A program made the position numbers and the translations under genes. A DNA stretch of 29,953 nt from a virus (Duplodnaviria > Caudoviricetes), in IMG/VR virus record IMGVR_UViG_3300037139_000037, positions 1-29,953 of that record. One strand, given 5' to 3'. Numbering within the stretch: position 1 is the stretch's first letter; every line of letters starts with the position of its first letter. Below the pieces are notes generated by a model. It had not been told where the DNA came from and did not search any database. It worked only from the letters and a program-made list of their open reading frames with translations. Below are positions 25,639 through 29,953 of this stretch, one piece after another.

Positions 25639-26370
25639 GCGAAACCCGTGCCTATGGAACACGCTTCTCTAAACCCACGCCCACGCGTCTGACAGAAGGC
25701 TCATTTCAGGGCATGCCCCGCCTTCGCTTGCCCACCCAGAGAGCCCGACCTTCGCCTTCCCTTCGCTCATGTCCATTGCACAGTCCATTGTAGTTCGCAT
25801 AGTGATTGCAAAGGACTTAGCTCGTGGTGGAGAGGCAGGTACTCTCCTTGCGTGATGCAGGACAAGGACTTAGCTCATGCACGGTATCACCTAGCACGGT
25901 ATCAGGTAACTGTCTCACTAAGCGAAGGGAGGGCGAAGGTCGGGAGCAATGCGATGGTAGTGCGTGCGCCTCGCGTGCTGCAAGGGACAGGGTAATGCAG
26001 AGTGGCGGGGAACCTCGGCTCTGCATCCTATCGGTGTTGTGTTCGCAAGGCAGGGGCGAAGAGAATGCGTAAGTCTTTGCATGGTTATGAGCTAGGGGAG
26101 AAGCAAAGGCGAAAGCTATGGCCATGAGTGTTACAACTTGTAGTGTTACACCATGTAACAGTGGCTATGTAGCTAGGCGAATGCTTAGCGAATGTAGAAT
26201 GAGTGAGTTAGATAGGTTTCTACCATGTCAATATCGCATGGGCGAATACATGGCAAAGGTACAGGAAGGAACATTACCACGGCATCGGGAACACATGGCT
26301 GTCTGCTCCTCTGTCTGCTCTCTGCTGGTACTCCGTTTCATGCGGCGATTATGTACGCCCTTGTGTACGC

Positions 26371-26550
26371 TTAGAGGCAGATAATAAAGATCACCAGCTT
26401 GGCCAGCAATGCCAGCGTACCGAAGACAACGGCGAGGGAGAATGCCACTCTAAAGATGCTGTACTCAGTTGAGACTGGCACCGAGGCGCGTGCGGCCTTA
26501 AACGCTGCTGCTTTTTCAGGATTGGCTGCTAACCACTCTTGGTATGTCAT
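26371..26550 (-). CDS. Small membrane protein (59 aa), probably leaderless
   Basis: MTYQEWL...FSLAVVFGTLALLAKLVIFIICL; TTGCAG-17-TAGACT ends 6 nt before the ATG. Confidence 0.6.
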   Translation of the reverse strand: MTYQEWLAANPEKAAAFKAARASVPVSTEYSIFRVAFSLAVVFGTLALLAKLVIFIICL

Positions 26551-26783
26551 AGGGATAGTCTAGGGCATAGCCTAGGGCGCTGCAATGGCACGACAGTGCT
26601 ACGGCATGGCACGTGCGGTGCATTAGCTTCGATTTTAGCCCTGTATCTGTCCTCTATGGCAGTCTGAGTCATCGGTGCGAGTTTGAGCGTAGAAACGAAC
26701 GCCAGCGCATTCCCTTAACTCTATGTGCCCGCAAGGGCTGCACTTTAGTGCACAGAAAAGCACGAATGGGCTATGTTTTGTGC

Positions 26784-26812
26784 TTGACAAAGTTTTGGAC
26801 TTCAGGCATACT
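26784..26812 (+). promoter_or_regulatory. sigma70-type promoter for the small-gene cluster
   Basis: TTGACA-17 nt-CATACT. Confidence 0.7.
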
Positions 26813-27101
26813 CTTATCAGTCGAAGCCAATAAGTCAAGAGGCTAAGATAACTAACCGCCGAGTCCTCTCGAAGACGCTACCAAAGGCCGAGAAACTCAG
26901 GAACCAAAAAGGCTAAAACAAACGGTTGGAATATCAAAGGTGACAATCCACCGAGTACCTGCATAGCAGAGGAAACCACTGCTCAATCGTGAGAGTCAAA
27001 GGCTTAGCAACCTGCTCACACGTTAAACACAGACATTGACTAAGATCACGACAGACTGGCAACAGGAAACGTGATCTTAGATGAGTGCCTGAGGAGACAA
27101 T

Positions 27102-27299
27102 GTGACAGAATGGGAACGTAAGACGCACATGAAGCCCGTTAGGGAACTGCGAGGCGTTAAACGTGAATCCTGCAACCCTCCAACCTGCCCAACACAGCAG
27201 TGGGATAGCAAGATTCAAACGCGCAGAACGGTACTCACTAAGCAAGCCTCTGCATTCTGGAAATGGCATCTTCAGTACGAAAAGGAGCAGGCACAATGA
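27102..27299 (+). CDS. Hypothetical protein
   Basis: GAGGAG SD; ATGA overlap with the next ORF. Confidence 0.5.
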   Translation: MTEWERKTHMKPVRELRGVKRESCNPPTCPTQQWDSKIQTRRTVLTKQASAFWKWHLQYEKEQAQ

Positions 27300-27499
27300 C
27301 AAGGTTGATACGCTTCGATGCTGAAGGGTTACCATTGCAAGACTTCTCATGCCCCGCAGATGTTGATAAAACAAAGAAGTCTAGAAAGACAAAGACACTC
27401 AACACAGACTGTCTTAGACTTCGTAGTTACTTATCAGTGGACTTGAAACAAGTGCGCAGAGAATGCACACACTCATACGCTACTTTTTGCAGAGGATAG
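27296..27499 (+). CDS. Hypothetical protein
   Basis: AAGGAG SD before ATG 27296. Confidence 0.55.
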   Translation: MTRLIRFDAEGLPLQDFSCPADVDKTKKSRKTKTLNTDCLRLRSYLSVDLKQVRRECTHSYATFCRG

Positions 27500-27510
27500 G
27501 AGCAATCACA

Positions 27511-27669
27511 ATGAGAGACACGCCAAACGTTAACACCGCGCCCGTCACACTCAACCATCGCAGAGTAAACGGGAAAGCCGTTGATAACCCTGTCAGACGT
27601 AAACTACTTCCTCCCGGTGTAGTTTCTCCCGAGGCATTGGAACTATTCACGCAAAGGAGAACACTATGA
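27511..27669 (+). CDS. Hypothetical protein (52 aa)
   Basis: AGGAG SD before ATG 27511. Confidence 0.6.
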   Translation: MRDTPNVNTAPVTLNHRRVNGKAVDNPVRRKLLPPGVVSPEALELFTQRRTL

Positions 27670-27929
27670 AGAACTTCGCAATGATTTTGTTGTTACTGAG
27701 TGTAGTCGCTGTGGCTCAAACAGACACCAGTGTTTCGGCTACGGGTTTCTATCTGGATAACTACCAGTCCGCAATCACACACGCAGTTGAGATGTCAGCA
27801 AACAAACTCACTGACAAATGTGATGGCCACTTACACGACGTTGCCGCTACCGTATATTGCTTTCAGTCCAAAGTCAGTCACGATGTTGATTGCACAGTTA
27901 CGCTAAAAGCACAATGCACATCTAAGTAA
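27666..27929 (+). CDS. Small secreted protein with signal peptide
   Basis: MKNFAMILLLLSVVAVA|Q signal; four Cys; AAGGAG SD. Confidence 0.75.
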   Translation: MKNFAMILLLLSVVAVAQTDTSVSATGFYLDNYQSAITHAVEMSANKLTDKCDGHLHDVAATVYCFQSKVSHDVDCTVTLKAQCTSK

Positions 27930-28058
27930 GTAGCAACACCAAAAAAAGCCCTGAACCCAAGGAACCCTCGAGGAAAGTGAACCTGCACAGAGTGAACCTA
28001 TTGAGCACAGTGTGTAAACCGTACATCAAAACGGGAGCAAGAGTGAAGCACAATCAAT

Positions 28059-28090
28059 AGCGAGTGACCCATGCAGCGAGTGACCCATGC
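28059..28090. repeat. Perfect 16-bp tandem duplication
   Basis: AGCGAGTGACCCATGC x2. Confidence 0.9.
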
Positions 28091-28255
28091 GCACACTTTG
28101 AGAATATATCAAGCCGTTGAAATCTTCAGGCAATACACTATGTGAATCCTGAGGACTAGCCGCAATGGCTTGAATATGTTTTCCCTCGCGTAACGGGAGA
28201 GAACGGGCAGAGATTAGTCACCTCTGCCCAACACTTCGCAAAGGAGAATCACATC

Positions 28256-28432
28256 ATGTACATTCCAGAAGCACCGCTGAAATACAAAGTTGTTTCGCAT
28301 GGCGCACTGCCAAGCGCTGTTAGACCGCGCATCGAATTCACAATTGAGCAGCTACTCAACAGTGACCAACACAGCACAGCAGAGAAACGCTTTGGCCGTG
28401 CCGTGACTACAAAGAAAACGAGGATAGGCTAA
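28256..28432 (+). CDS. Hypothetical protein (58 aa)
   Basis: AAGGAG SD; TAATG coupling to the next gene. Confidence 0.6.
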   Translation: MYIPEAPLKYKVVSHGALPSAVRPRIEFTIEQLLNSDQHSTAEKRFGRAVTTKKTRIG

Positions 28433-28632
28433 TGCAAGTAACACTCAATCGTCATGAGATAGCAGCATTCAAGCGCACGTTTCCCTGTAGCGGTCTGCCT
28501 GATCTTCTATCAATCACCTTTGACTATGAAGCCAATGGCGACCTATGCGGCATTACAGCCGTAGACGAAGATGGAAGCTGGATAGACCCCGCAGACTTTG
28601 ATGGTGCAGGGCCGAGGACATCAAACAGGTAA
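28432..28632 (+). CDS. Hypothetical protein
   Basis: Coupled start; protein-like composition. Confidence 0.65.
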   Translation: MQVTLNRHEIAAFKRTFPCSGLPDLLSITFDYEANGDLCGITAVDEDGSWIDPADFDGAGPRTSNR

Positions 28633-28688
28633 CGGGCAGCACAGCCGTTGACTTCCATGTCAATGCTCAGACTAGCAAGGAGTAAGCC

Positions 28689-29138
28689 ATGCAATCAACC
28701 CACGTTGAGGTAGAGTGCTGCTTTGGTAAGTGCTATGCAGTGAGCCGTGAAGGCATCATCGACCACGATGCAAAGCAGGCTTTCACTCGCGGTCAATGTC
28801 ACGCATTGGCGCTGGCGCTGCACCGTCTTACAGGCTGGCAACTGTATGGACTGTACCGGCCACATGAACTACGCAGAGGTACCACGCCTAGCCACACTGT
28901 TGTACGCACTTCAGACGGTGAGTACATCGACATCAACGGCAATAACGCGCTGGAAGAGTGGCGGAAGTATTACCATGAGGCTGAACCCAAAGCAGTGACC
29001 GAGGCACAGGTGCTGGCCTTCGAGGAAGACGACTATTGCAAGCCAGACATCAAAGCCGCAATGCCGTTTGCTGTAACGCTATACGTGAAGTATGGCAAAG
29101 GGCAGACCACACAGATGCGGTTACCGTTCGCAGTCTAA
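28689..29138 (+). CDS. Putative Cys-His-Asp triad (papain/transglutaminase-like) protein
   Basis: GQCHALALALHRLTGW...HTVV...YIDING. Confidence 0.6.
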   Translation: MQSTHVEVECCFGKCYAVSREGIIDHDAKQAFTRGQCHALALALHRLTGWQLYGLYRPHELRRGTTPSHTVVRTSDGEYIDINGNNALEEWRKYYHEAEPKAVTEAQVLAFEEDDYCKPDIKAAMPFAVTLYVKYGKGQTTQMRLPFAV

Positions 29139-29148
29139 GGAGGCTCGC

Positions 29149-29226
29149 ATGGATAGTTTCTACTTGTCAATCGCTGTATTGTTTCTCATCCTAGTCTGCA
29201 TCTTCATTTATGAAAGGGGATTCTAA
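29149..29226 (+). CDS. 25-aa single-TM peptide
   Basis: AAGGAGG SD; MDSFYLSIAVLFLILVCIFIYERGF. Confidence 0.6.
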   Translation: MDSFYLSIAVLFLILVCIFIYERGF

Positions 29227-29235
29227 GGAGGCGCT

Positions 29236-29382
29236 ATGTGGATGTATCAAGGACGCCTAACAAAGCACGATGCACGCGCATGGGTTCGGCATTGCACACT
29301 GCTAGGCTGGGCTGTGCGCTTGCAAAGGACACGCAAAGGGAAGTTCCATACTTGGCTTAGGATCACACGGAGGGAACCATGA
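29236..29382 (+). CDS. Small basic protein (48 aa)
   Basis: AAGGAGG SD. Confidence 0.6.
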   Translation: MWMYQGRLTKHDARAWVRHCTLLGWAVRLQRTRKGKFHTWLRITRREP

Positions 29383-29549
29383 GCATATGCAAGCAAACTC
29401 GCGGCGATGGAGCAATTTCTCGCAGTGGTCAACAATTTATGAATTGCGAACACTGCGGGAAGGAGATGTACAACACTCCAGTCGATGGTTGGTTCCATAA
29501 GCGGGAGCAGGACGCTATCGACTGCTATCGAACACGGAGGGAATCATGA
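29379..29549 (+). CDS. Small zinc-binding protein (56 aa)
   Basis: GGAGG SD; CEHC...WFH...C. Confidence 0.6.
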   Translation: MSICKQTRGDGAISRSGQQFMNCEHCGKEMYNTPVDGWFHKREQDAIDCYRTRRES

Positions 29550-29782
29550 ATCGTGATTACGTTTCACCTGAGCAGTACCCCGCTGCATTAGCCGCATGGC
29601 AGAGAAGCCAAGCAGTGAACCATTACGTGTACCTTGTATGGTGCGCCGTGGACTACGAAGGTAGCTGTGTGATGTCAGTACACAACACCAAGGCAAGCGC
29701 GGAGGCAGCATGCGCAAAGGCAATTGTAGAGCACAAGCACTGTGACAAGCACGGCATTGATGTTATGGAAGTGCAACCATGA
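29546..29782 (+). CDS. Hypothetical protein
   Basis: GGAGG SD; ATGA overlap. Confidence 0.7.
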   Translation: MNRDYVSPEQYPAALAAWQRSQAVNHYVYLVWCAVDYEGSCVMSVHNTKASAEAACAKAIVEHKHCDKHGIDVMEVQP

Positions 29783-29953
29783 AGCACTACGTGGGGTACC
29801 TCGACAACCCAAACCGCCGCGTGGAAGTAGACGCGGATAACTATATCTCCGCACAGCACAACGCTGCGCAATTGCTAGGCACTCGCAGGGAGAGGGACAT
29901 CTACCTAATCGAGTGCACACAGCCAAGCAGCATCGCAGACTTGAGTGCAGACA
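29779..29953 (+). CDS. Hypothetical protein (runs off the window edge)
   Basis: ATGA overlap; open to the window end. Confidence 0.55.
   Translation, partial: MKHYVGYLDNPNRRVEVDADNYISAQHNAAQLLGTRRERDIYLIECTQPSSIADLSAD

Noticed and set aside
28059-28090. CRISPR-like repeat
   Set aside because: Two copies, no spacer, no cas genes
28148-28180. Hammerhead ribozyme (CUGAGGA core)
   Set aside because: Followed by GAAU rather than GAAA, and the bases are used in a longer stem

Overview
A 30-kb stretch of a tailed dsDNA phage (or prophage) genome. Left arm, minus strand: tRNA-Ala, tRNA-Asn and ncRNA candidates, SprT-like protease, probable small terminase, intein-containing large terminase, a cluster of tiny basic proteins, portal, scaffold, and a major capsid gene split by a group I intron. 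Middle, plus strand: family A DNA polymerase, MazG-like protein, RNase H and small genes. Right: stand-alone nuclease genes with their own sigma70-type promoters and a cluster of small early-type genes. About ten homing-endonuclease-type genes are present (LAGLIDADG, GIY-YIG, HNH, EndoVII). Most notable observations: (1) a recurring two-hairpin RNA element whose loop pairs over the Shine-Dalgarno (SD) of free-standing nuclease genes, with loop and partner changing together in three copies; (2) an HNH gene hidden in another reading frame inside the terminase intein; (3) an ~800-nt highly structured non-coding tract directly after the tRNAs; (4) four adjacent micro-proteins sharing an N-terminal IG(L/I)G-basic tag. 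All calls come from reading motifs by eye; no searches were run.
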